From Carpediemonas membranifera BICM (taxonomy: Eukaryota > Protista > Fornicata), in NCBI GenBank assembly GCA_019828565.1, contig JAHDYR010000008.1, forward strand, positions 1-64,000: a stretch of DNA of 64,000 nt. The letters run 5' to 3'. The number at the start of each line of letters is the position of its first letter. Within the stretch, counting starts at the first letter, position 1. Shown here one piece after another: positions 29,719 to 40,276 of the stretch. The translations under genes were made by a program, and so were the position numbers. The notes under the pieces are model-generated. The model saw only the letters and a program-made list of their open reading frames with translations. It searched no databases and was not told where the DNA came from.

Positions 29719-30838
29719 CTACATTACGTCGTCGTCCTTGATGTCCCACGGCTGCACCGTCCTGTGGCTCGTCTGGGCCGGCTCCCACATCTGCACGCTG
29801 CATTCTCCACCCGCAGACACCAGCGTCCACGGCCTGCTGCTCCACTGTAGATCATTCACAGTCTCTTCATGTCCACGGTGGTCGAACACTAGCTCGGGCG
29901 GACCGTCCTCCTTGTCACCCGTCGCCTGCTCTCTCCCGACCAGAGCCAAGTCCCACACCCGCACCGACCCGTCTGTCGCCCCCGTGGCAAAGACGGTGGG
30001 TATGGCGGGGGACCATTCGAGGGCGTATATGTCGTCCTTGTGAGTCTCTGGCGCATAGTACAGGGGCGTCCCGAGGGCCCGGAGGTCTCTAAGTACCCAG
30101 TCCTTGCCCGCACACGTGATTACATAGTTATCGGGGCCGTGTTTGCCGCATATAACATCATCGTAGTGCGCCTCCTCCACAACAGCGGCGGGCGTCGCCA
30201 TCCTAGTGTCCAAAACTGCCAGAGACTTTCCGTCGGTGGAAACTAGCATCGTGTGATTGTCGAGCCAGTCGATGTCGTTGATCGTGCGGTCGGCCCAGGA
30301 TGTCTTGAGCGACATGGCCTGCTGGTCACCGCCCTCGAGGTCCCAATAGACCACCGCGCCCTCAGTGGAAGCTGTCGAGAGATAGTTCGTGGGCGCCCAG
30401 GAGATCGGGAACATGTCGCCTGAGGCCCCGTGGAGGGAGGTCGGGAGCGTTGTCTTGTGGTCCTTGAACAGAAGCACTGTCCCGTCCGCCTGCCGGGCCG
30501 CGAGCCGGTCCGAGAGGGGCCCGCGGTTGCCCGGGGCCTGGCGGATCCGGTTGCATTCCGAAGGCAGGGCGCACAGCTCGGAGCTGGAGACGTGGATCCC
30601 CTTGTGACGGAGCTCGTGGCGCTTGCAGTGAAGGTAGTGGTCGTGTCGGCCTTCGATGGTCTGCTTTGTGGTAATGGAAACAGTGGCGGTGTTCATGGCG
30701 AAGGTCCCGTCTTCGTTTGACACGCTGGAGATGAATGAGTACGTCTCCGTCTCCTTCTCGTTGTCGATCTCGAAGTCTCGGAGGGAAATGGCCGTCTGGC
30801 ACGTGGAGCCCTGCTCGATCTCCACAAACAGGTCATAT
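29719..30838 (-). pseudogene. 5'-truncated duplicate of the RBBP4-like gene
   Basis: Lacks the first ~20 codons; there is no in-frame ATG in the new flank before a TAA. Confidence 0.75.
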
Positions 30839-30950
30839 GGAGGATATGATGAAGAGTTGACAAGTGACAGTGTGGTGGTGGCTTAAGGTCTATACCGGTG
30901 ACTCCTCGACTAACGGTGACATTGTTGAGGGTCCAGGATCGGTGTTTATG

Positions 30951-33900
30951 TCAAGTCGACAACAGATCGTACGTCCGAGAGCGCGCCTCAGGAGCCTTCT
31001 TCCGTATCTCCCTCAGCCTTCTCACGACCACCTTCATGCTCGGCCGCTTGGCACTGTCTTGCACCCACATTTCCCTGATGAGATTGTGCAGATTGTGCCT
31101 TGCAGCGAGGAGACCATCTTGACACTCGTCCCCCAGCATGGCCTGGCCGAACTCCGGACGAATACCATGCAAAATCATGTTTGTGATTTGAAGCGATGTT
31201 GTGGCATTGATGAAAGGCTCCACTCCTTCAATCAGTGCGAAAATCGTCATGGCGAACGAGAAGACGTCCGCTTTCTGGTCATACGCCATGCGACCGAGGA
31301 CCTCGGGGGCCGCAAAGCCCATGGTGCCAACATTGATGCTAGTACGTCCCTTTGGATCGACCGCCAGGCCGAGATCCCCGACCTTGACGCGAATCTTGTT
31401 CCTTCCAATCTTCTCCTCGACTGATACGAAGAAGTTGTCTGGCTTGATGTCGCGGTGGACGATGCCGCGAGAGTGAATGTACTCGAGACCGACCGCAGCC
31501 TGGATGATGAGGTCGAGCAGTGTCTTAAAGGACAGCTCACCCTCTTCGGACAGCTGCTTCACATAGCTTGAAAGCGACCCCAGAGCGCAGTACTCGGTGA
31601 CGATCTTGATAGCCAGGCCGTCGACCATGCAGCCGATAAACCTGAGCACGTTGGGGTGACTCAGTTCAACCAGGGTCTTGGCCTCTCGAGCGAACTCCAC
31701 GCGGCAAATCTCGTCGGTCTGGAAGGCATCGTGCAGCTTCTTGACACAGACGACCGAGTTGCGGTAAACTGCGCAGGACACTGAACCGATGCCTCCGGTG
31801 GCTACGACCTGTGTTTCCGTGATCTCCTCCTTCGCGATGTAGAAGTCGACAATCGCTGAGAACTTGTACCGATCTTGACGCCGGATGTCAAGCTTGGCGA
31901 GCTCGCTTTTGGCAAAGATCTTCTTACGACGGCGGATATCCCACGCCTGCAGCCGCTTGACGGACAGCCCGCACCCAATGGTTGTGAGGGCAAACAACGC
32001 GAGTTGAATGCAGAAGATTCCGGTCAGGAACGAGACGACAACGGCCGTGGTGAAGATGACGAACAACACAAGAAGGACGAACGCCATGCCAGTGTGATCT
32101 GGGATGACTGGGAACAGGGCGAACAGCCCCGTGGGGTTGGCCGTGCTGTAGAGCAAGAGCTCATCAGAGACAGACATGTCGATGATGACCTGGCCGTACT
32201 CAAGAGGCACGTCGATCACGGAGGGGGTGAACTGCGATGACCTGGGCTTTGGGTCGAAGCGTCGGATGCGCCCGGTCGAGCCGTTGTACCCGTCTGCGAT
32301 GAGAACCGAGGACTCCTGGTACCGCACATGCACGACCGAGTTGGAGCAGAGCTCCTGTCGCCCAGTGCTCTTAGGTGCATGAAGCGCGGCTGAGTAGACC
32401 CAGCCATTGTCTGTGCGCTCAAAGACGGAGCCAAAAGTGCACCCCGAGGCCGTGGAGCTGACGTCAGACGTGGCGATCTTCGTCCCGTCACCCCTGATGC
32501 TCACGTAGTACCCGAACTGGATGTTGTCTGGCGATGGACTGGCGATGGTGACCATGTTGGTCATCTTCCACTTCTCGTCCATCGTGGCCACGTAGAACTG
32601 GGAGTTCCGGGATCCGATCACGAAGAGATGGTCGTGGATGGCGATGTCCGTCCCGAAGTAGAAGGCGTCGCTGGGTACGGGTGCCGGCATGAGGCTGAAG
32701 GCGTTGGTGTCGCCGTGCGGCAAATACCCGTTCTCGATGGGGTAGACGTACAGCACATTGTTCTCGGTCCCCGCAACGAGGAAGCCGCTCGCGGTGTCGT
32801 CAACGTAGAGCTCAAGGATGTTGCTGCCGAACCTGACGATGCTTTCGCCCGGCGGCCAAACCATGAGCTGACCGTTGTCTTTCCACGGGATCGGCTCGAA
32901 GTACGACGATTGGTTCTGGAAGAAGAAGACGCCGCCCATGCCTTCTGATGCTCCAGGGGCGCTGATGGCCATCATATCGCGGCTGATGGTGACCCTGGAC
33001 CCGAACTCCGAGGAGAACGTCTTCTGCATGGGATCAACCCTCTGGAGTGTGTCGATCGCGAGCTCTGCCGGGGCACTGCCCTTGAGCTGGTTGAACGTGC
33101 GCCTGAAAAAGCTAGTCTCGACCTCCTGGACCTGCATGAGCTCGGTGACCCCGAACACCCTCCTCTGCGGGTTCCCAGGGAGCCCGACGGCGGCGTATGC
33201 CCCATGGGCCCTGATGAAGCCGTCAGAGATGCCGGCGATGGCCTCGCTTGTGATGGACCCGACTGGCTGGAACTTGCCCGACCGCTCGATCTGCTGATAA
33301 ACGACAATGTTGCTCGTGTCGGCTTGAGTGGTCTCGAATGTCTGGACGAGTAAATCGTCGAACATGGCAGCATTCTGAGGCCTGTTGGGCATGAGAGTGT
33401 TGAGCGAGTTGAAGGCTAGACTCCATCCGGAGTCATCCTTGACGAGCTGGAACACAGCACTGAGTAAGGGGCGTAAGAAGGGACTCACGGGACATGGGTT
33501 CCGATAACATGTATAAATGGCGGCTCGTGGGCCGACACCGCGACCCTCAGGCCGGGCGAGTCAAAGGAGTAGCCGTGCTCGGTCGGGATGGCCGGCAGCG
33601 TGTCGACGACAAGGCCCCACTGGTCTTCTTCGAGGTGGAACACGTAGAGCCGGCTGTCATCCGAACTCATCTCAGACACAACGAGCGTGGTGTTCGATAT
33701 GGCGAAGGACTGGAAGTGGCGGCCGGCCTCGGGGTGGGGGGCAGTCAAGATGCCCCTGACATCGTATGAGGCGGTGGCGTCGTTATAAGCAAAGATCTTG
33801 ACCTCCCAGTTGGTGCCATTGGCAGTGAGCATACCGAAGAAGCGGCCGTCAGCGAAGACGGTGTCGAGCGCTGCGTCGGTCGAGACTGTCGTGTTGGTGT

Positions 33901-34411
33901 CAATGAGAAGTTGCGGGTCGCTCACAGCGTCAATAGTGTATATATGAACAGGCTGCGGACTACTGTCGCACATAACAAGGACGCGTTCGCCGCTGTCAAT
34001 GAAGGCCTTATGCCAGGTGCAATTATCGAGGGCAACAGAGTTGATCCAAAAGCCAGTAGCGAGGGTGTGGGAAGAGAAGCGGACCTTGTCAGTGGATACA
34101 GAGATATAATCGCGGCTCAGCGACAGATGCGGCGATTTGAGTTCTTGGTCCGAAGATCCACCAGGAATGCTGAAGTCAGAAAGTGGCAGAAACGTGCTGC
34201 CGACCTTTTCGTAGATGATGAGAAAGGCGTCATGGTAATCGTTGCCCTGCATGAATGGGAGCGAAGCAATGGCGAGATAGGCCTCGTTCATCACAAGACT
34301 GGCGCCGAAGGAAGCGAAGTCCACTTGAGAAGGAAGCACGGCGTGTGGAATGGGCGAAAACTGCTTCAGGCAGCAGCAAACTGCTATAACTGCGAATATA
34401 ACCAGATTCAT
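30951..34411 (-). CDS. Receptor-like TKL kinase with an FG-GAP-type beta-propeller ectodomain (~1143 aa); intron 33460-33488
   Basis: Signal peptide MNLVIFAVIAVCCC; repeats FGSRVTIS..AISAPG, FGTDIAI, FGYYVSI; TM; kinase motifs GGIG, VKK, HRDIKPDN, DLG, GTMGFAAPE. A 29-nt intron joins the two ORFs in frame. Confidence 0.88.
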
Positions 34412-34945
34412 GTCGCTGTTGGTGAGTAAGGTCACTATGGAAAACTCGACACAAGAGTGTCGAATGTCACCATGGAAGTGCCCGTGAAGGCATGGAAGAT
34501 GATGTGCATGGCCTCGAGATTGCCACTCGCACCTTCTACATGCCCAGAAAACGAGTATTCCGGTGGTCAATCGCGACTGCCAAATTCTCACAAGGAATTA
34601 GCACTTCACGAACTAACAGAGTTATCTGCGTATTCGTATCTAATCAAGTATGATGTGCGTATGAATACACATTCGCCTGACTTGGCCGCCGCCCAATGTC
34701 AAGTATGCAGGATCTGGACCGATTATTCCAACCATGGAGGGCAAGAATTGACCCATGCATGACCAGAGCAGCACGATCGCTCGGGTTCCCTGACAGGGCG
34801 GCCAGGAGGACCTCTCAACACCGTATATGAATACATGACCTAGTAGGCCCATTCTCACATAAAGTATGTAAATTACTTAAACTGCACATCAACTCAGAGT
34901 GTCCTACCCCAACTCCGTTGCAGCGCATCGTTTAATCCACACTCA

Positions 34946-37168
34946 TCAATCTAGCAAGTCAATCACATCGAAATCCTCTGCGATGGCCTCCTCGATGGCA
35001 GCTGACGGGCTTGGCTCACGGATGTGTACGGAACGCGCAGAGGGCACCGGTGATGGCCTGAGGCTTTCTTCGTCGCGGACGCTGGCCATATTCGCGCTGT
35101 CCATCCTCGACGGGACCTCAGACGACCTGCCGCTGATTCCGCCGAGACTCCGCATCTTACGGGCACTTGTGACTCTCGCAGACCTGGCACGGTCTCTGCT
35201 CTTGGTCTCCTTGGCGTGGCTGACGCGGCCCTCTGTCTCAGCAAGGACAGATCTGGCGTGGGCGGCCTTGTCTGCCTCCCGGCGCTCGTCGTAAAGACTG
35301 ATCATCGCCTTGATGCACTCAAGGTTGTCCGGCCACTTCCTGTGGACGTCCTCGTACTCCTTCAGCGCAGCGGCCGTCTGACCCGCCCTATGGAGGCAGC
35401 CGGCCGACAGCAGCGGCCACTGAGGATCTTGGGGCCGGAGCTTGGCCGCCCGCTGGAAGGCCTCGAGCGCCTTGGCAGGGGAGCCGGCAGAGGCGTGGAA
35501 TGCGCCGACCCAGTCGAGCACGTCGAGAGAAGGGGCGACCTCGAGTGAGACCTCATACGCACTGACAGCGCGCTTCAGGTCGTCGACTGACCTGTAGATG
35601 TTACCAAGCCTGGCGTGGGCGCTGGCATCGTTCGGCACCCGCGTGGCGAGGAGTTTAGCCTGGACTATCGCCTCGTCGGGGTCGTCGCTGGTGCGGCAGA
35701 TTTCACTGAGCTGCCACAGCGCGTCTGCGGAGGCTCTGGGGTCGAGCTCGCCAATGGTGTCAGAGTACAACTGGAACTGGTCGATCGCCTCATTGAGCAT
35801 GCCGAGCCGCTTGTACGCAAGGCCCAGGTTATAAATGGCCTCGTTACAGTCCGACTGGGGCACGTCGACAGCCTTCTCGAGGGCCGACACAGCCCCGTCT
35901 GCATCACCGCCCCGCAGCAGTGTGCAGCCCAGCATGTTGAGGGCGTAGGCGCTGTGGGGGTCCTGGGCCACAGCCTCGCGGGCGTACTGCGTGGCCTTGT
36001 CGTTCTCGCCGGTGACGTAGTGGACAAAGGCGAGGTTTGTGTGCAGGCCCTCGGGGGCACGGTCGCGGGACTCCCCTGAGTCCTTGATGCCCTCGAGCAG
36101 ACCAATGGCACGGCGATAGTTCCCCTTGCGGAGACAGGCCAGGGCCATCTCGATCTCTAGGCGGCGGGCCGGACCTGTCTGGGCGTTCTCCTTGAGAGCG
36201 GATACAACCGCCTGGAATCCAGCTTCGATGTCAGAATCTACACGCGGGGCAATAATACGGGCCAGTGTGGTAAGCTTATGCTCCCAGTCACTCTGCCTGG
36301 AGATCTCGTCGCGATAGAGCTCATCAACTGGCCTAAACACGTCGAGCTGGCTGTCCTCGGCCCTTGGAGCATATTCCAACATACGATTGAACGTGTCGAA
36401 CATCATCGTCTGCTCGTTGAGGATGACACAGCAAATGGCGAGGTTAAAGAACGTCTGGGGATCGATAACAGGCGCATCGTCGTCGGGTTCCCGGCCGGAC
36501 TCGACTGACTCCTGAAGCTCGATGATGCGTTCAAAATACTCGACGGCCTCGGGGAAGTTCTCGGCGCGAACAGCACACAGAGCGAGGTTCTTCATGATCT
36601 TGACCCTCAACTCGACGTTTGAAGTGGGAACGTTGTCCAGGGCCATGTTGTAGTGCCGCGTCGCCTCACCGTGTTTGCCGAGCTCGAGGCAGATGTTACC
36701 CAGGTTGATGTGGCATTGGGGCCTTATGTGTGAGTCTCCGTTGTTGCCCAATGAGTCTAGGATGCCCTCGTAGGTCCGGACAGCCTGCTGAGGCTGGTGA
36801 TCTTCTTGAAGGGCGAGGGCAAGCTGGAAGAGGGCGGCGTAGTGAAGCTCTGTGTTGGTCATGTCGACAATCTGGTGCTTGCGGCGGTAGACAAGGATAT
36901 CTTCGTTCACCTTCTGTGCTTTGCGAGCGTTGGCGACGGCCTTCTGGCTCTCACCCTTGGACAAACAGAGCGCAGATTCCTCCATGTTTCTGTGTACTTG
37001 TAGTTCCATGCCCTTGGCGACCTGCTCGGGCGTCTCCTCCTTCTTGAAATTGAAAAGACTGGATATGTCCTCGTGTAGCGGGTCAAAGTTCTTCTTCGCA
37101 GTAAATCCTGCTGCTCTAACAGCAGTCATGGGCCTAGCGCCCGTTTGGCCTCTCTGAGCAGTGCGCAT
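34946..37168 (-). CDS. IFT88: Intraflagellar transport protein 88 (TPR)
   Basis: Signature RPMTAVRAAGFT..FDPL, then ETPE..AK.ME..V...EES, TPR repeats and PDNLECIK. Confidence 0.9.
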   Translation of the reverse strand: MRTAQRGQTGARPMTAVRAAGFTAKKNFDPLHEDISSLFNFKKEETPEQVAKGMELQVHRNMEESALCLSKGESQKAVANARKAQKVNEDILVYRRKHQIVDMTNTELHYAALFQLALALQEDHQPQQAVRTYEGILDSLGNNGDSHIRPQCHINLGNICLELGKHGEATRHYNMALDNVPTSNVELRVKIMKNLALCAVRAENFPEAVEYFERIIELQESVESGREPDDDAPVIDPQTFFNLAICCVILNEQTMMFDTFNRMLEYAPRAEDSQLDVFRPVDELYRDEISRQSDWEHKLTTLARIIAPRVDSDIEAGFQAVVSALKENAQTGPARRLEIEMALACLRKGNYRRAIGLLEGIKDSGESRDRAPEGLHTNLAFVHYVTGENDKATQYAREAVAQDPHSAYALNMLGCTLLRGGDADGAVSALEKAVDVPQSDCNEAIYNLGLAYKRLGMLNEAIDQFQLYSDTIGELDPRASADALWQLSEICRTSDDPDEAIVQAKLLATRVPNDASAHARLGNIYRSVDDLKRAVSAYEVSLEVAPSLDVLDWVGAFHASAGSPAKALEAFQRAAKLRPQDPQWPLLSAGCLHRAGQTAAALKEYEDVHRKWPDNLECIKAMISLYDERREADKAAHARSVLAETEGRVSHAKETKSRDRARSARVTSARKMRSLGGISGRSSEVPSRMDSANMASVRDEESLRPSPVPSARSVHIREPSPSAAIEEAIAEDFDVIDLLD

Positions 37169-37396
37169 GAGGCTATTCGGTTCGAATGATATTTTCGCAC
37201 TTTTGGGTCAGAAATTTGGGGCGGCGGAGCGCCATTGATGGGTTGAATACTGCGCAATACTGTTCTCTCTTCCTCCTAGTCACTATTTACGGCGGCTGGG
37301 AGATCGTCAGACATGCCCCTCCGATGGCTCAAGTGTCCCTGATCTAAAACGGGCTCACCTGGCAGATGTAACCCCGAATGCTCACCCCATCTTATA

Positions 37397-37558
37397 AGCT
37401 GGCGCCAACTTCATGGAGGTCGACCCCTACACATGTGGGTGATCGGGGACATGAAGCACTATGCTGGCTCGGCCAGCTCCGGCACCCACTCCAAGCGCGG
37501 ATACAAAGACACACAGCTTCTCTCATCCCTTGCCGACCCGATGGCAGCTGGCCGAGCC
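37397..37558. other. Intergenic stem-loop cluster, candidate structured RNA
   Basis: Perfect 13-bp inverted repeat 37466-37478/37546-37558 and hairpin CTTCATG..CATGAAG (37409-37456). Confidence 0.3.
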
Positions 37559-37587
37559 CCACGCACACTCTCCTCGAACCGCAAAAT

Positions 37588-38613
37588 TTAATCAGTCGGG
37601 CGCTTGAGCACCCCGACGCCAGGGGCCTTCCGCTTGACGGCGCCATGCTCCTTCTTCTCGTGCTTCCTCTCCTTCTTATCGCCCTTCGCCCTCTTCTCCT
37701 TCTTCTCCTTCTTGTCCTTGTGCTCCTTCTTGCTCTTCTTCTCCTGCTCCACCTCGACCTCTTCATCCTCATCATCATCAGCCTGGTCTCTAAGGGCATA
37801 GAGCACATGGCCCTCGTGGAAGCCGGCCTCGATCTTTCCGAGGCGGATGTCCAGGCGAGGCCCCAGCTCGACCAGGCCTACGGAGGACTTGCCCTTGGTG
37901 AAGGAATGCTCGGACTGTGACGCCTTGGTGCCCTTGACGGCGTCTTCAATGCTATCAAACTTCGAAAGATCCATCATCTTGCCCTTGGAGAGGGACTCGA
38001 TTGTCCCAGACGTCAGCTGGGGCTTGAGGGTGATAGCGTACTGTCTGATATGGACAGTATCGTCGTCGGCACAGTAGTTCACAAGCATAACGCGCTTGCA
38101 GTGGTCGAGCTCAATCCGGTCGAGCACGACGGCGGGGAACATCTTCTGGAAGAGTGTGGTCATCAAGGCGTGCTCGGGTCGACTCTGGTCGAAGTTGTTG
38201 AGCACGACGAGGGGCGGGTGTTGGTAGTCGGAGCTGGTGGCATGGGGATTCTTCTGCACACGCCGGATGTCTTCCATTAGGCTGTATTGCTCGATGTTGA
38301 AGTGGAACGTGGGACCTTGCGGGACACGGGCGATGCGGAGACGGGAGTGCTGCTCGCCAGAGGACACAATGAGGAAGTGGGTTACCCCGAGCGGCGCAGC
38401 AACGTGCACGAAGTCCTTGAGCTTGTTGGATGGGCGCTCCTTCAGTTCAGAGGCTGTGTATGGCTTCATGAGGTCTCTAAGATCACTCACAAGCTTTGTG
38501 AGGTTCGGGCCAATGATTCCGCGCTTAAAAACGAACGAAAGAGGAGTACTCTCATCTCCAACATCGTCTGTGATGTGAGTACGGTGCTTATGACGTCTCT
38601 TATGGCTAGGCAT
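37588..38613 (-). CDS. PPAN: Peter Pan / Ssf1 Brix-domain ribosome biogenesis factor
   Basis: MKPYTASELKER..NKLKDFV..A.PLGVTHF, PQGPT and LVELGPR. Confidence 0.92.
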   Translation of the reverse strand: MPSHKRRHKHRTHITDDVGDESTPLSFVFKRGIIGPNLTKLVSDLRDLMKPYTASELKERPSNKLKDFVHVAAPLGVTHFLIVSSGEQHSRLRIARVPQGPTFHFNIEQYSLMEDIRRVQKNPHATSSDYQHPPLVVLNNFDQSRPEHALMTTLFQKMFPAVVLDRIELDHCKRVMLVNYCADDDTVHIRQYAITLKPQLTSGTIESLSKGKMMDLSKFDSIEDAVKGTKASQSEHSFTKGKSSVGLVELGPRLDIRLGKIEAGFHEGHVLYALRDQADDDEDEEVEVEQEKKSKKEHKDKKEKKEKRAKGDKKERKHEKKEHGAVKRKAPGVGVLKRPTD

Positions 38614-38808
38614 CCTTGTCGTGCTCTCGCTTCTCACAAGAATACATATCCCGCCATAAATCATGTAACTCCTCAAATGAACAGAGCAACGGACGCGGGA
38701 GGGAATATTCACATCCAATTCACTCTCTGCTTCCTTGGTGGCCCCAAAATCACACGTCGCGGAGCCTATCTCAATCTCAGCATCCAATGATGTCGCCACA
38801 GAGTTTAG

Positions 38809-40125
38809 TCATGTAAGGCCGTCTATTTCCCTAATTAGCGCAGATACGGCATGCAGCACACCAGCCTGCTTCTCACTGGCCTCGTCCATGGCCTTCCGTC
38901 GCCCCTCTGCCTGCTCCAGCTCCTCTGTCAGGCGGGCGATGTCAGCCATGAGGGCCGCTTTCCTTCTCTTAGCTGCAGCCAGCGCTGACTTGGCATCAGC
39001 TGCCTTTGCCCTGCTCTGCTCCAGGGCGGCCGTCTGCTCGGCCAGCCGTCCGTCCAGGAGTTCGACATCATTGGCCAAACTACCGGCCTCCTCGTCAAGA
39101 GCCTCTGTTGACCTGGCAGGCCCCTCCCTGACTGACTCCAGCTGACAACGAAGATCGCCTAACTTGGTCTCAGCCTCGTGAATCCCGGTCTCGAGATCAT
39201 CAAGCTGGGCTGAAAGCTTGGCTACAGTGTCATCTGCCCGCCGAACCTTTGCCTCTAATGCATGTTGGGCCGCGATCGCCTGTGACACCGCTTTTCCCCC
39301 AGATGCAGCTTGGTCATAACCAGCACGACGCCCCAGCATGGCATGTAGTGAGTCCAGACTCGCTTCTATCCTCCCACTGGCCTGCAGTGCCCGTGAAGTT
39401 TCCCCATTGATCTTTGAAACTCTATCCCGGCTCGTCTCCTCCATCAGCTTTGTCTGAGCATTAAGAGACGTCGTAGCGTCATGAAGAGCCTTCAATTCAT
39501 CCTCCCACTCGGCCTTCTGTAGCCGGAGATTGTTCCTCGTCTTGCGCATGACGGCCAGTCGGTCGACTGCGAGCTTGACATCGTTGTGTCGACTCTCCAT
39601 GTCATTGAGCTGAAGCACAACCTGTGATAGTGCCTCTTCAGCACGTTTTGACTCCTCTTCCGCTGCCATTTCTGTCTCCATCGCTCGTTTTAAGCGCTGC
39701 TCCAGTCGCTTCATCTTGGCTTGGCCAGCCGCAGTCATGTCCGCGGCGTGGGTCACATCGGCTCGTAATATAGATATACGTTCCCTAAGCTCCTCGTTTT
39801 CTGTCCTAGCGCTGTTGTTCGAGGCCTCAAGGGCGTCAATTTTGGCTTGGCGTTCATCCCGCGATGTCAACTGCTGCTGGAAGCTAGAAATTGCAGAATC
39901 AAGCTCGCGTTTCCTGTGTTCCCGAGCTCCCAGTTCCCGTTTGGCCAGCTGCAGCTTCTTTTGCAGGTCCTGGTTCACTGTGCGATACTCGGCCCGTTCT
40001 TTCGTCACTTTTGTCTCATATTCGCGCTTCTTTTCCTCCCTTTCCTGTAATAGTTCCCTTGATTGTCCTAATTCCGCCGTCAACTGGCGGATTTGCTCGT
40101 CATAGAAGGCTAAAGGCGTCGCCAT
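38809..40125 (-). CDS. Long coiled-coil protein
   Basis: Heptad-rich E/K/R/L/A ORF of ~438 aa from the ATG at 40125. Confidence 0.75.
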   Translation of the reverse strand: MATPLAFYDEQIRQLTAELGQSRELLQEREEKKREYETKVTKERAEYRTVNQDLQKKLQLAKRELGAREHRKRELDSAISSFQQQLTSRDERQAKIDALEASNNSARTENEELRERISILRADVTHAADMTAAGQAKMKRLEQRLKRAMETEMAAEEESKRAEEALSQVVLQLNDMESRHNDVKLAVDRLAVMRKTRNNLRLQKAEWEDELKALHDATTSLNAQTKLMEETSRDRVSKINGETSRALQASGRIEASLDSLHAMLGRRAGYDQAASGGKAVSQAIAAQHALEAKVRRADDTVAKLSAQLDDLETGIHEAETKLGDLRCQLESVREGPARSTEALDEEAGSLANDVELLDGRLAEQTAALEQSRAKAADAKSALAAAKRRKAALMADIARLTEELEQAEGRRKAMDEASEKQAGVLHAVSALIREIDGLT

Positions 40126-40276
40126 TGAGGTGAATAATGATCGTATCAAATGGCCAGCGGAATTTTAGCCAAGCCAGACGCATAGCAGATGCTAGTACCA
40201 TGCGGCTGGCATGCACTGCGAAAATCTCGCCTGAAACGGCCACGGACTCTGATATTCTAAAACTGCACTGGAGACA

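Larger units (their letters stand above)
28006..30838. repeat. Inverted segmental duplication of 50308-53140 (2833 bp)
   Basis: Reverse-complement identity from AATATACTCT (28006/53140) to GGTCATAT (30838/50308); 1-nt indels at about 52408 and 52737. Confidence 0.97.

Noticed and set aside
37173-37235. Extra IFT88 first exon (ATG 37235, intron 37173-37200)
   Set aside because: In frame, but GTGCGA and CCGAATAG break both local splice consensuses; left unannotated.
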